DNA of 64,000 nt from Liolophura sinensis (taxonomy: Eukaryota), in NCBI RefSeq assembly GCF_032854445.1, contig NC_088300.1:74512302-74576301 (forward strand). The letters are read 5' to 3'. Below the pieces are notes generated by a model, which saw only the letters and a program-made list of their open reading frames with translations, was not told the DNA's origin and made no database searches. Shown here in pieces: positions 1 through 13,876 of this stretch (the first letter of the stretch is position 1; each line of letters starts with the position of its first letter). The translations under genes and the position numbers were made by a program.

Positions 1-545
1 TGCACTACGGCGTTGTTCCATTCAACTTGCCTAAGCATATCCGATATTCTTTTCTGCGCTGTCTTTTTGTCACAAGTCAGGAAAAGACACATTGAGAACT
101 GGAGGTGGTACTTGTAGCATTATAAACATACTTAATTTAAGAGTCCAATTCGACCGTTTTATGTAATGTGCCAAAATACACCTTACAAAGTACATGTATC
201 AATTTGATTTACTTCTTCATATCAAACATCAAAGACTACCATCCAGCTGCTAAATCATTCTCTGAAAATCTAGTCCAGACAAAGAGAAATTACTTACCAA
301 TTATTTTTTAGCAGTGAGAAAAATTTTCTCTTCTGTGTAGGCCACCGGCCACGCAGCAGGGATCTGACTTCGGCAAATCATCATAGAAGTAATGAAGATC
401 CATGCTCACCGCATTTATTTGAGAAGGTCTTCATCGTATGATTACCTTTCTCACAAGCACTAATCGTAACAAGTCGCTCACCTTCTAGGGCACAGGTCGC
501 ACAACATCAAACGGTTCTGTGAGAGTGAGTAGAAAATCTCTAGCA

Positions 546-553
546 TATATAAA
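546..553 (+). promoter_or_regulatory. TATA box (TATATAAA) 87 bp upstream of the unit ATG. It recurs every 1891 bp (2437, 4328, ...). Predicted TSS is about 575-585.
   Basis: gcaTATATAAAtcc lies about 30 bp upstream of caggtaccatatcc and then the ATG at 640. The motif is conserved in every unit, with single-base variants such as cacatataa in a few. Confidence 0.5.
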
Positions 554-639
554 TCCTTTTTCAAACTTGCAGGTACCATATCCAATCTATCACACAGTCC
601 AAGCATAGTCGACAATAATTTCCATTGATTCAACTCAGA

Positions 640-1233
640 ATGGATGTAGAAAGAATGGCCGCACTGCTCAGAGAAAATTTACTTCTTCATGACGCCGCTC
701 TCCGCAAAATTCAATTGCTCGGTATGTTCCCTTACTAAACTTGTACTTGCGTTGCATGAGTTTGTTTTAGGAGAATGCGCATGTTGTCTTAGCATTAACT
801 GTATCTTATACCATTCTTTTATATTTTTTCAGAACAAAGACAAGAGGCTACTGAACGACGAATAAGAGCAGCAACATCCAACGGGCATACACCATGCCAC
901 GAACTGCTCCTTCTGCAAAAACACATTCTTGCCGATACCAAAGCCTTGTACCAGCATTACCGACAGGAGAAATGGGATGAAGTTCAACGCGTGGCAGCCA
1001 GAGTCTTACAAACCAGCCAGGAAGACAGCGACGATGAGGACATGGGGGAGGTATTAATAAGTGTCGATGATGATAATGATGATGATGATCAATATTTTGA
1101 TGAAGGTGACCACAATTCTGTTGACGACAGCCAATCTACCACTCATCCACAGGCCTTTGACAGCACCGCCATGCATAGTTTTTCCCGTTTTACACGAGAT
1201 TTTTACATATCTTCAACTCGACAAGATAACTAA
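640..1233 (+). CDS. Array gene copy 1. It has two exons (640-721, 833-1233) and a 111-nt GT-AG intron (722-832), and encodes a 160-aa coiled-coil protein with an acidic tail (E variant, DEGDH).
   Basis: ATG at 640. Exon 1 is 82 nt and ends ...CAATTGCTCG|gtatgt. The acceptor is ttttttcag|AACAAAG. Splicing keeps the frame (G+AA=Glu) and runs into listed ORF 946..1233. The stop is TAA at 1231. Protein: [160 protein letters not shown]. Confidence 0.6.
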
Positions 1234-1313
1234 ATTGTTATTTCACCAATGTCACGTTTTTCTTTCCATCATTCTTTCTCCATCGCACTGTGCTATGTAT
1301 GGTTTATTGGCCA

Positions 1314-1319
1314 AATAAA
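1314..1319 (+). terminator. AATAAA polyadenylation signal 81 bp downstream of the unit stop codon. It recurs every 1891 bp.
   Basis: ggccAAATAAAaaactattttatc follows the TAA at 1231-1233. It sits downstream of every copy. Confidence 0.5.
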
Positions 1320-2530
1320 AAACTATTTTATCACCTGAATACAGTCCATACCTTTGCCTCATGTCTGTATTATATTGAAAAGAAACATACATGCCAATTT
1401 CTCATAAAACAGTTCTACTTCTCGTATCCGAAAATATCGTTTTATATATGGATGTTTTAACAAATTAACAACAAAACCTTACATCTTGTCACAACTCTGT
1501 CTTAAGTAGCACTGGAAAACGCCCAGAAAGACTATGTAATACAAAATCCTATCTCGAACAAGCACAGTTTGGGCCTAAACAACTGCAAATCTTATCGCAC
1601 ACATGTGTTGTGCCTGTTACGCTTCATACTTATCAAATTTTCACTTTTGCAAATTTCATTTAGCCGTACTGACGAATATCTAAATCATATTGGCTGAAAA
1701 GAGTTAGCCTCTGTTTAGTTCACATTACAACAATTAACGGGTACAATTTTCAAGTACTAGTAAAACTTACATAACCGCACTTGAAATATACAAACTCTGC
1801 ATCACCATTATTGCGCACAGTGAAATGTACCTGCATGCCAAACCTCCCCAGTAAAAGCCTTAAAAATCTTCTCTCTTCAACTTAGTCTGGCTGCACTACG
1901 GCGTTGTTCCATTCAACTTGCCTAAGCATATCCGATATTCTTTTCTGCGCTGTCTTTTTGTCACAAGTCAGGAAAAGACACATTGAGAACTGGAGGTGGT
2001 ACTTGTAGCATTATAAACATACTTAATTTAAGAGTCCAATTCGACCGTTTTATGTAATGTGCCAAAATACACCTTACAAAGTACATGTATTAATCTGATT
2101 TACTTCTTCATATCAAACATCAGAGACTACCATCCAGCTGCTAAATCATTCTCTGAAAATCTAGTCCAGACAAAGAGAAATTACTTACCAATTATTTTTT
2201 AGCAATGAGAAAAATTTTCTCTTCTGTGTAGGCCACCGGCCACGCAGCAGGGATCTGACTTCGGCAAATCATCATAGAAGTAATGAAGATCCATGCTCAC
2301 CGCATTTATTTGAGAAGGTCTTCATCGTATGATTACCTTTCTCACAAGCACTAATCGTAACAAGTCGCTCACCTTCTAGGGCACAGGTCGCACAACATCA
2401 AACGGTTCTGTGAGAGTGAGTAGAAAATCTCTAGCACATATAATTCCTTTCTCAAACTTGCAGGTACCATATCCAATCTATCACACAGTCCAAGCATAGT
2501 CGACAATAATTTCCATTGATTCAACTCAGA

Positions 2531-3124
2531 ATGGATGTAGAAAGAATGGCCGCACTGCTCAGAGAAAATTTACTTCTTCATGACGCCGCTCTCCGCAAAA
2601 TTCAATTGCTCGGTATGTTCCCTTACTAAACTTGTACTTGCGTTCCATGAGTTTGTTTTAGGAGAATGCGCATGTTGTCTTAGCATTAACTGTATCTTAT
2701 ACCATTCTTTTATATTTTTTCAGAACAAAGACAAGAGGCTACTGAACGACGAATAAGAGCAGCAACATCCAACGGGCATACACCATGCCACGAACTGCTC
2801 CTTCTGCAGAAACACATTCTTGCCGATACCAAAGCCTTGTACCAGCATTACCGACAGGAGAAATGGGATGAAGTTCAACGCGTGGCAGCCAGAGTCTTAC
2901 AAACCAGCCAGGAAGACAGCGACGATGAGGACATGGGGGAGGTATTAATAAGTGTCGATGATGATAATGATGATGATGATCAATATTTTGATGAAGGTGA
3001 CCACAATTCTGTTGACGACAGCCAATCTACCACTCATCCACAGGCCTTTGACAGCACCGCCATGCATAGTTTTTCCCGTTTTACACGAGATTTTTACATA
3101 TCTTCAACTCGACAAGATAACTAA
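2531..3124 (+). CDS. Array gene copy 2 (exons 2531-2612, 2724-3124), intact, E variant.
   Basis: Same structure as copy 1, shifted by 1891 bp. ATG at 2531 was checked in the sequence. Confidence 0.6.
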
Positions 3125-4421
3125 ATTGTTATTTCACCAATGTCACGTTTTTCTTTCCATCATTCTTTCTCCATCGCACTGTGCTATGTATGGTTTATTG
3201 GCCAAATAAAAAACTATTTTACCACCTGAATACAGTCCATACCTTTGCCTCATGTCTGTATTATATTGAAAAGAAACATACATGCCAATTTCTCATAAAA
3301 CAGTTCTACTTCTCGTATCCGAAAATATCGTTTTATATATGGATGTTTTAACAAATTAACAACAAAACCTTACATCTTGTCACAACTCTGTCTTAAGTAG
3401 CACTGGAAAACGCCCAGAAAGACTATGTAATACAAAATCCTATCTCGAACAAGCACAGTTTGGGCCTAAACAACTGCAAATCTTATCGCACACATGTGTT
3501 GTGCCTGTTACGCTTCATACTTATCAAATTTTCACTTTTGCAAATTTCATTTAGCCGTACTGACGAATATCTAAATCATATTGGCTGAAAAGAGTTAGCC
3601 TCTGTTTAGTTCACATTACAACAATTAACGGGTACAATTTTCAAGTACTATTAAAACTTACATAACCGCACTTGAAATATACAAACTCTGCATCACCATT
3701 ATTGCGCACAGTGAAATGTACCTGCATGCCAAACCTCCCCAGTAAAAGCCTTAAAAATCTTCTCTCTTCAACTTAGTCTGGCTGCACTACGGCGTTGTTC
3801 CATTCAACTTGCCTAAGCATATCCGATATTCTTTTCTGCGCTGTCTTTTTGTCACAAGTCAGGAAAAGACACATTGAGAACTGGAGGTGGTACTTGTAGC
3901 ATTATAAACATACTTAATTTAAGAGTCCAATTCGACCGTTTTATGTAATGTGCCAAAATACACCTTACAAAGTACATGTATCAATTTGATTTACTTCTTC
4001 ATATCAAACATCAAAGACTACCATCCAGCTGCTAAATCATTCTCTGAAAATCTAGTCCAGACAAAGAGAAATTACTTACCAATTATTTTTTAGCAGTGAG
4101 AAAAATTTTCTCTTCTGTGTAGGCCACCGGCCACGCAGCAGGGATCTGACTTCGGCAAATCATCATAGAAGTAATGAAGATCCATGCTCACCGCATTTAT
4201 TTGAGAAGGTCTTCATCGTATGATTACCTTTCTCACAAGCACTAATCGTAACAAGTCGCTCACCTTCTAGGGCACAGGTCGCACAACATCAAACGGTTCT
4301 GTGAGAGTGAGTAGAAAATCTCTAGCATATATAAATCCTTTTTCAAACTTGCAGGTACCATATCCAATCTATCACACAGTCCAAGCATAGTCGACAATAA
4401 TTTCCATTGATTCAACTCAGA

Positions 4422-5015
4422 ATGGATGTAGAAAGAATGGCCGCACTGCTCAGAGAAAATTTACTTCTTCATGACGCCGCTCTCCGCAAAATTCAATTGC
4501 TCGGTATGTTCCCTTACTAAACTTGTACTTGCGTTGCATGAGTTTGTTTTAGGAGAATGCGCATGTTGTCTTAGCATTAACTGTATCTTATACCATTCTT
4601 TTATATTTTTTCAGAACAAAGACAAGAGGCTACTGAACGACGAATAAGAGCAGCAACATCCAACGGGCATACACCATGCCACGAACTGCTCCTTCTGCAA
4701 AAACACATTCTTGCCGATACCAAAGCCTTGTACCAGCATTACCGACAGGAGAAATGGGATGAAGTTCAACGCGTGGCAGCCAGAGTCTTACAAACCAGCC
4801 AGGAAGACAGCGACGATGAGGACATGGGGGAGGTATTAATAAGTGTCGATGATGATAATGATGATGATGATCAATATTTTGATGACGGTGACCACAATTC
4901 TGTTGACGACAGCCAATCTACCACTCATCCACAGGCCTTTGACAGCACCGCCATGCATAGTTTTTCCCGTTTTACACGAGATTTTTACATATCTTCGACT
5001 CGACAAGATAACTAA
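4422..5015 (+). CDS. Array gene copy 3 (exons 4422-4503, 4615-5015), intact, D variant (DDGDH).
   Basis: Same structure as copy 1 at +1891 spacing. GAA to GAC gives E to D in the acidic tail. Confidence 0.6.
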
Positions 5016-6312
5016 ATTGTTATTTCACCAATGTCACGTTTTTCTTTCCATCATTCTTTCTCCATCGCACTGTGCTATGTATGGTTTATTGGCCAAATAA
5101 AAAACTATTTTATCACCTGAATACAGTCCATACCTTTGCCTCATGTCTGTATTATATTGAAAAGAAACATACATGCCAATTTCTCACAAAACTGTTCTGC
5201 TTCTCGTATCCGAAAATATCGTTTTATATATGGATGTTTTAACAAATTAACAACAAAACCTTACATCTTGTCACAACTCTGTCTTAAGTAGCACTGGAAA
5301 ACGCCCAGAAAGACTATGTAATACAAAATCCTATCTCGAACAAGCACAGTTTGGGCCTAAACAACTGCAAATCTTATCGCACACATGTGTTGTGCCTGTT
5401 ACGCTTCATACTTATCAAATTTTCACTTTTGCAAATTTCATTTAGCCGTACTGACGAATATCTAAATCATATTGGCTGAAAAGAGTTAGCCTCTGTTTAG
5501 TTCACATTACAACAATTAACGGGTACAATTTTCAAGTACTAGTAAAACTTACATAACCGCACTTGAAATATACAAAATCTACATCACCATTTTTGCGCAC
5601 AGTGAAATGTACCTGCATGCCAAACCTCCCCAGTAAAAGCCTTAAAAATCTTCTCTCTTGAACTTAGTCTGGCTGCACTACGGCGTTGTTCCATTCAACT
5701 TGCCTAAGCATATCCGATATTCTTTTCTGCGCTGTCTTTTCGTCACAAGTCAGGCAAAGACACATTGAGAACTGGAGGTGGTACTTGTAGCATTATAAAC
5801 ATACTTAATTTAAGAGTCCAATTCGACCGTTTTATGTAATGTGCCAAAATACACCTTACAAAGTACATGTATTAATCTGATTTACTTCTTCATATCAAAC
5901 ATCAGAGACTACCATCCAGCTGCTAAATCATTCTCTGAAAATCTAGTCCAGACAAAGAGAAATTACTTACCAATTATTTTTTAGCAATGAGAAAAATTTT
6001 CTCTTCTGTGTAGGCCACCGGCCACGCAGCAGGGATCTGACTTCGGCAAATCATCATAGAAGTAATGAAGATCCATGCTCACCGCATTTATTTGAGAAGG
6101 TCTTCATCGTATGATTACCTTTCTCACAAGCACTAATCGTAACAAGTCGCTCACCTTCTAGGGCACAGGTCGCACAACATCAAACGGTTCTGTGAGAGTG
6201 AGTAGAAAATCTCTAGCATATATAAATCCTTTCTCAAACTTGCAGGTACCATATCCAATCTATCACACAGTCCAAGCATAGTCGACAATAATTTCCATTG
6301 ATTCAACTCAGA

Positions 6313-6906
6313 ATGGATGTAGAAAGAATGGCCGCACTGCTCAGAGAAAATTTACTTCTTCATGACGCCGCTCTCCGCAAAATTCAATTGCTCGGTATGT
6401 TCCCTTACTAAACTTGTACTTGCGTTCCATGAGTTTGTTTTAGGAGAATGCGCATGTTGTCTTAGCATTAACTGTATCTTATACCATTCGTTTATATTTT
6501 TTCAGAACAAAGACAAGAGGCTACTGAACGACGAATAAGAGCAGCAACATCCAACGGGCATACACCATGCCACGAACTGCTCCTTCTGCAGAAACACATT
6601 CTTGCCGATACCAAGGCCTTGTACCAGCATTACCGACAGGAGAAATGGGATGAAGTTCAACGCGTGGCAGCCAGAGTCTTACAAACCAGCCAGGAAGACA
6701 GCGACGATGAGGACATGGGGGAGGTATTAATAAGTGTCGATGATGATAATGATGATGATGATCAATATTTTGATGACGGTGACCACAATTCTGTTGACGA
6801 CAGCCAATCTACCACTCATCCACAGGCCTTTGACAGCACCGCCATGCATAGTTTTTCCCGTTTTACACGAGATTTTTACATATCTTCGACTCGACAAGAT
6901 AACTAA
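6313..6906 (+). CDS. Array gene copy 4 (exons 6313-6394, 6506-6906), intact, D variant.
   Basis: Periodic copy with ATG, intron and stop all conserved. Confidence 0.6.
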
Positions 6907-8203
6907 ATTGTTATTTCACCAATGTCACGTTTTTCTTTCCATCATTCTTTCTCCATCGCACTGTGCTATGTATGGTTTATTGGCCAAATAAAAAACTATT
7001 TTATCACCTGAATACAGTCCATACCTTTGCCTCATGTCTGTATTATATTGAAAAGAAACATACATGCCAATTTCTCATAAAACAGTTCTACTTCTCGTAT
7101 CCGAAAATATCGTTTTATATATGGATGTTTTAACAAATTAACAACAAAACCTTACATCTTGTCACAACTCTGTCTTAAGTAGCACTGGAAAACGCCCAGA
7201 AAGACTATGTAATACAAAATCCTATCTCGAACAAGCACAGTTTGGGCCTAAACAACTGCAAATCTTATCGCACACATGTGTTGTGCCTGTTACGCTTCAT
7301 ACTTATCAAATTTTCACTTTTGCAAATTTCATTTAGCCGTACTGACGAATATCTAAATCATATTGGCTGAAAAGAGTTAGCCTCTGTTTAGTTCACATTA
7401 CAACAATTAACGGGTACAATTTTCAAGTACTAGTAAAACTTACATAACCGCACTTGAAATATACAAACTCTGCATCACCATTATTGCGCACAGTGAAATG
7501 TACCTGCATGCCAAACCTCCCCAGTAAAAGCCTTAAAAATCTTCTCTCTTCAACTTAGTCTGGCTGCACTACGGCGTTGTTCCATTCAACTTGCCTAAGC
7601 ATATCCGATATTCTTTTCTGCGCTGTCTTTTTGTCACAAGTCAGGAAAAGACACATTGAGAACTGGAGGTGGTACTTGTAGCATTATAAACATACTTAAT
7701 TTAAGAGTCCAATTCGACCGTTTTATGTAATGTGCCAAAATACACCTTACAAAGTACATGTATTAATCTGATTTACTTCTTCATATCAAACATCAGAGAC
7801 TACCATCCAGCTGCTAAATCATTCTCTGAAAATCTAGTCCAGACAAAGAGAAATTACTTACCAATTATTTTTTAGCAATGAGAAAAATTTTCTCTTCTGT
7901 GTAGGCCACCGGCCACGCAGCAGGGATCTGACTTCGGCAAATCATCATAGAAGTAATGAAGATCCATGCTCACCGCATTTATTTGAGAAGGTCTTCATCG
8001 TATGATTACCTTTCTCACAAGCACTAATCGTAACAAGTCGCTCACCTTCTAGGGCACAGGTCGCACAACATCAAACGGTTCTGTGAGAGTGAGTAGAAAA
8101 TCTCTAGCATATATAAATCCTTTCTCAAACTTGCAGGTACCATATCCAATCTATCACACAGTCCAAGCATAGTCGACAATAATTTCCATTGATTCAACTC
8201 AGA

Positions 8204-8797
8204 ATGGATGTAGAAAGAATGGCCGCACTGCTCAGAGAAAATTTACTTCTTCATGACGCCGCTCTCCGCAAAATTCAATTGCTCGGTATGTTCCCTTACT
8301 AAACTTGTACTTGCGTTCCATGAGTTTGTTTTAGGAGAATGCGCATGTTGTCTTAGCATTAACTGTATCTTATACCATTCTTTTATATTTTTTCAGAACA
8401 AAGACAAGAGGCTACTGAACGACGAATAAGAGCAGCAACATCCAACGGGCATACACCATGCCACGAACTGCTCCTTCTGCAGAAACACATTCTTGCCGAT
8501 ACCAAAGCCTTGTACCAGCATTACCGACAGGAGAAATGGGATGAAGTTCAACGCGTGGCAGCCAGAGTCTTACAAACCAGCCAGGAAGACAGCGACGATG
8601 AGGACATGGGGGAGGTATTAATAAGTGTCGATGATGATAATGATGATGATGATCAATATTTTGATGAAGGTGACCACAATTCTGTTGACGACAGCCAATC
8701 TACCACTCATCCACAGGCCTTTGACAGCACCGCCATGCATAGTTTTTCCCGTTTTACACGAGATTTTTACATATCTTCAACTCGACAAGATAACTAA
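8204..8797 (+). CDS. Array gene copy 5 (exons 8204-8285, 8397-8797), intact, E variant.
   Basis: ATG at 8204 checked. Structure conserved. Confidence 0.6.
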
Positions 8798-10094
8798 ATT
8801 GTTATTTCACCAATGTCACGTTTTTCTTTCCATCATTCTTTCTCCATCGCACTGTGCTATGTATGGTTTATTGGCCAAATAAAAAACTATTTTATCACCT
8901 GAATACAGTCCATACCTTTGCCTCATGTCTGTATTATATTGAAAAGAAACATACATGCCAATTTCTCATAAAACAGTTCTACTTCTCGTATCCGAAAATA
9001 TCGTTTTATATATGGATGTTTTAACAAATTAACAACAAAACCTTACATCTTGTCACAACTCTGTCTTAAGTAGCACTGGAAAACGCCCAGAAAGACTATG
9101 TAATACAAAATCCTATCTCGAACAAGCACAGTTTGGGCCTAAACAACTGCAAATCTTATCGCACACATGTGTTGTGCCTGTTACGCTTCATACTTATCAA
9201 ATTTTCACTTTTGCAAATTTCATTTAGCCGTACTGACGAATATCTAAATCATATTGGCTGAAAAGAGTTAGCCTCTGTTTAGTTCACATTACAACAATTA
9301 ACGGGTACAATTTTCAAGTACTAGTAAAACTTACATAACCGCACTTGAAATATACAAAATCTGCATCACCATTTTTGCGCACAGTGAAATGTACCTGCAT
9401 GCCAAACCTCCCCAGTAAAAGCCTTAAAAATCTTCTCTCTTCAACTTAGTCTGGCTGCACTACGGCGTTGTTCCATTCAACTTGCCTAAGCATATCCGAT
9501 ATTCTTTTCTGTGCTGTCTTTTTGTCACAAGTCAGGCAAAGACACATTGAGAACTGGAGGTGGTACTTGTAGCATTATAAACATACTTAATTTAAGAGTC
9601 CAATTCGACCGTTTTATGTAATGTGCCAAAATACACCTTACAAAGTACATGTATTAATCTGATTTACTTCTTCATATCAAACATCAGAGACTACCATCCA
9701 GCTGCTAAATCATTCTCTGAAAATCTAGTCCAGACAAAGAGAAATTACTTACCAATTATTTTTTAGCAATGAGAAAAATTTTCTCTTCTGTGTAGGCCAC
9801 CGGCCACGCAGCAGGGATCTGACTTCGGCAAATCATCATAGAAGTAATGAAGATCCATGCTCACCGCATTTATTTGAGAAGGTCTTCATCGTATGATTAC
9901 CTTTCTCACAAGCACTAATCGTAACAAGTCGCTCACCTTCTAGGGCACAGGTCGCACAACATCAAACGGTTCTGTGAGAGTGAGTAGAAAATCTCTAGCA
10001 TATATAAATCCTTTCTCAAACTTGCAGGTACCATATCCAATCTATCACACAGTCCAAGCATAGTCGACAATAATTTCCATTGATTCAACTCAGA

Positions 10095-10688
10095 ATGGAT
10101 GTAGAAAGAATGGCCGCACTGCTCAGAGAAAATTTACTTCTTCATGACGCCGCTCTCCGCAAAATTCAATTGCTCGGTATGTTCCCTTACTAAACTTGTA
10201 CTTGCGTTCCATGAGTTTGTTTTAGGAGAATGCGCATGTTGTCTTAGCATTAACTGTATCTTATACCATTCTTTTATATTTTTTCAGAACAAAGACAAGA
10301 GGCTACTGAACGACGAATAAGAGCAGCAGCATCCAACGGGCATACACCATGCCACGAACTGCTCCTTCTGCAGAAACACATTCTTGCCGATACCAAGGCC
10401 TTGTACCAGCATTACCGACAGGAGAAATGGGATGAAGTTCAACGCGTGGCAGCCAGAGTCTTACAAACCAGCCAGGAAGACAGCGACGATGAGGACATGG
10501 GGGAGGTATTAATAAGTGTCGATGATGATAATGATGATGATGATCAATATTTTGATGAAGGTGACCACAATTCTGTTGACGACAGCCAATCTACCACTCA
10601 TCCACAGGCCTTTGACAGCACCGCCATGCATAGTTTTTCCCGTTTTACACGAGATTTTTACATATCTTCGACTCGACAAGATAACTAA
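10095..10688 (+). CDS. Array gene copy 6 (exons 10095-10176, 10288-10688), intact, E variant with T39A (GCAGCAGCATCC).
   Basis: Periodic copy. The ACA to GCA substitution is shared with copies 8, 10, 14, 15 and 18. Confidence 0.6.
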
Positions 10689-11985
10689 ATTGTTATTTCA
10701 CCAATGTCACGTTTTTCTTTCCATCATTCTTTCTCCATCGCACTGTGCTATGTATGGTTTATTGGCCAAATAAAAAACTATTTTATCACCTGAATACAGT
10801 CCATACCTTTGCCTCATGTCTGTATTATATTGAAAAGAAACATACATGCCAATTTCTCATAAAACAGTTCTACTTCTCGTATCCGAAAATATCGTTTTAT
10901 ATATGGATGTTTTAACAAATTAACAACAAAACCTTACATCTTGTCACAACTCTGTCTTAAGTAGCACTGGAAAACGCCCAGAAAGACTATGTAATACAAA
11001 ATCCTATCTCGAACAAGCACAGTTTGGGCCTAAACAACTGCAAATCTTATCGCACACATGTGTTGTGCCTGTTACGCTTCATACTTATCAAATTTTCACT
11101 TTTGCAAATTTCATTTAGCCGTACTGACGAATATCTAAATCATATTGGCTGAAAAGAGTTAGCCTCTGTTTAGTTCACATTACAACAATTAACGGGTACA
11201 ATTTTCAAGTACTAGTAAAACTTACATAACCGCACTTGAAATATACAAACTCTGCATCACCATTATTGCGCACAGTGAAATGTACCTGCATGCCAAACCT
11301 CCCCAGTAAAAGCCTTAAAAATCTTCTCTCTTCAACTTAGTCTGGCTGCACTACGGCGTTGTTCCATTCAACTTGCCTAAGCATATCCGATATTCTTTTC
11401 TGCGCTGTCTTTTTGTCACAAGTCAGGAAAAGACACATTGAGAACTGGAGGTGGTACTTGTAGCATTATAAACATACTTAATTTAAGAGTCCAATTCGAC
11501 CGTTTTATGTAATGTGCCAAAATACACCTTACAAAGTACATGTATTAATCTGATTTACTTCTTCATATCAAACATCAGAGACTACCATCCAGCTGCTAAA
11601 TCATTCTCTGAAAATCTAGTCCAGACAAAGAGAAATTACTTACCAATTATTTTTTAGCAATGAGAAAAATTTTCTCTTCTGTGTAGGCCACCGGCCACGC
11701 AGCAGGGATCTGACTTCGGCAAATCATCATAGAAGTAATGAAGATCCATGCTCACCGCATTTATTTGAGAAGGTCTTCATCGTATGATTACCTTTGTCAC
11801 AAGCACTAATCGTAACAAGTCGCTCACCTTCTAGGGCACAGGTCGCACAACATCAAACGGTTCTGTGAGAGTGAGTAGAAAATCTCTAGCATATATAAAT
11901 CCTTTCTCAAACTTGCAGGTACCATATCCAATCTATCACACAGTCCAAGCATAGTCGACAATAATTTCCATTGATTCAACTCAGA

Positions 11986-12579
11986 ATGGATGTAGAAAGA
12001 ATGGCCGCACTGCTCAGAGAAAATTTACTTCTTCATGACGCCGCTCTCCGCAAAATTCAATTGCTCGGTATGTTCCCTTACTAAACTTGTACTTGCGTTC
12101 CATGAGTTTGTTTTAGGAGAATGCGCATGTTGTCTTAGCATTAACTGTATCTTATACCATTCTTTTATATTTTTTCAGAACAAAGACAAGAGGCTACTGA
12201 ACGACGAATAAGAGCAGCAACATCCAACGGGCATACACCATGCCACGAACTGCTCCTTCTGCAGAAACACATTCTTGCCGATACCAAAGCCTTGTACCAG
12301 CATTACCGACAGGAGAAATGGGATGAAGTTCAACGCGTGGCAGCCAGAGTCTTACAAACCAGCCAGGAAGACAGCGACGATGAGGACATGGGGGAGGTAT
12401 TAATAAGTGTCGATGATGATAATGATGATGATGATCAATATTTTGATGAAGGTGACCACAATTCTGTTGACGACAGCCAATCTACCACTCATCCACAGGC
12501 CTTTGACAGCACCGCCATGCATAGTTTTTCCCGTTTTACACGAGATTTTTACATATCTTCAACTTGACAAGATAACTAA
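11986..12579 (+). CDS. Array gene copy 7. A CGA to TGA change at 12565-12567 removes the last 4 residues (R157 to stop). The copy is probably still functional.
   Basis: The ORF track shows 91 aa ending ...ISST at 12567 instead of 95 aa. The sequence reads tca act TGA caa gat aac taa. Confidence 0.5.
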
Positions 12580-13876
12580 ATTGTTATTTCACCAATGTCA
12601 CGTTTTTCTTTCCATCATTCTTTCTCCATCGCACTGTGCTATGTATGGTTTATTGGCCAAATAAAAAACTATTTTATCACCTGAATACAGTCCATACCTT
12701 TGCCTCATGTCTGTATTATATTGAAAAGAAACATACATGCCAATTTCTCATAAAACAGTTCTACTTCTCGTATCCGAAAATATCGTTTTATATATGGATG
12801 TTTTAACAAATTAACAACAAAACCTTACATCTTGTCACAACTCTGTCTTAAGTAGCACTGGAAAACGCCCAGAAAGACTATGTAATACAAAATCCTATCT
12901 CGAACAAGCACAGTTTGGGCCTAAACAACTGCAAATCTTATCGCACACATGTGTTGTGCCTGTTACGCTTCATACTTATCAAATTTTCACTTTTGCAAAT
13001 TTCATTTAGCCGTACTGACGAATATCTAAATCATATTGGCTGAAAAGAGTTAGCCTCTGTTTAGTTCACATTACAACAATTAACGGGTACAATTTTCAAG
13101 TACTAGTAAAACTTACATAACCGCACTTGAAATATACAAAATCTGCATCACCATTTTTGCGCACAGTGAAATGTACCTGCATGCCAAACCTCCCCAGTAA
13201 AAGCCTTAAAAATCTTCTCTCTTCAACTTAGTCTGGCTGCACTACGGCGTTGTTCCATTCAACTTGCCTAAGCATATCCGATATTCTTTTCTGTGCTGTC
13301 TTTTTGTCACAAGTCAGGCAAAGACACATTGAGAACTGGAGGTGGTACTTGTAGCATTATAAACATACTTAATTTAAGAGTCCAATTCGACCGTTTTATG
13401 TAATGTGCCAAAATACACCTTACAAAGTACATGTATTAATCTGATTTACTTCTTCATATCAAACATCAGAGACTACCATCCAGCTGCTAAATCATTCTCT
13501 GAAAATCTAGTCCAGACAAAGAGAAATTACTTACCAATTATTTTTTAGCAATGAGAAAAATTTTCTCTTCTGTGTAGGCCACCGGCCACGCAGCAGGGAT
13601 CTGACTTCGGCAAATCATCATAGAAGTAATGAAGATCCATGCTCACCGCATTTATTTGAGAAGGTCTTCATCGTATGATTACCTTTCTCACAAGCACTAA
13701 TCGTAACAAGTCGCTCACCTTCTAGGGCACAGGTCGCACAACATCAAACGGTTCTGTGAGAGTGAGTAGAAAATCTCTAGCATATATAAATCCTTTCTCA
13801 AACTTGCAGGTACCATATCCAATCTATCACACAGTCCAAGCATAGTCGACAATAATTTCCATTGATTCAACTCAGA

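Noticed and set aside
1061-1318. An 85-aa ORF (MSMMIMMMMINILMKVTT...) recurring in every unit, overlapping the acidic tail in the +2 frame.
   Set aside because: It is the GAT/GAC run read as ATG-ATG. It has no splice or start context of its own. It merely rides on the conserved real frame, and its differences between units track the real frame's E/D variants.
1690-2194. Consensus donor-like (ttggtaagtaat) and acceptor-like (cttttcagcc) motifs on the minus strand of the spacer, suggesting an antisense spliced transcript.
   Set aside because: No ORF or other transcript signal accompanies them. Such motifs arise readily by chance in AT-rich DNA. I record them only as something RNA-seq could test.
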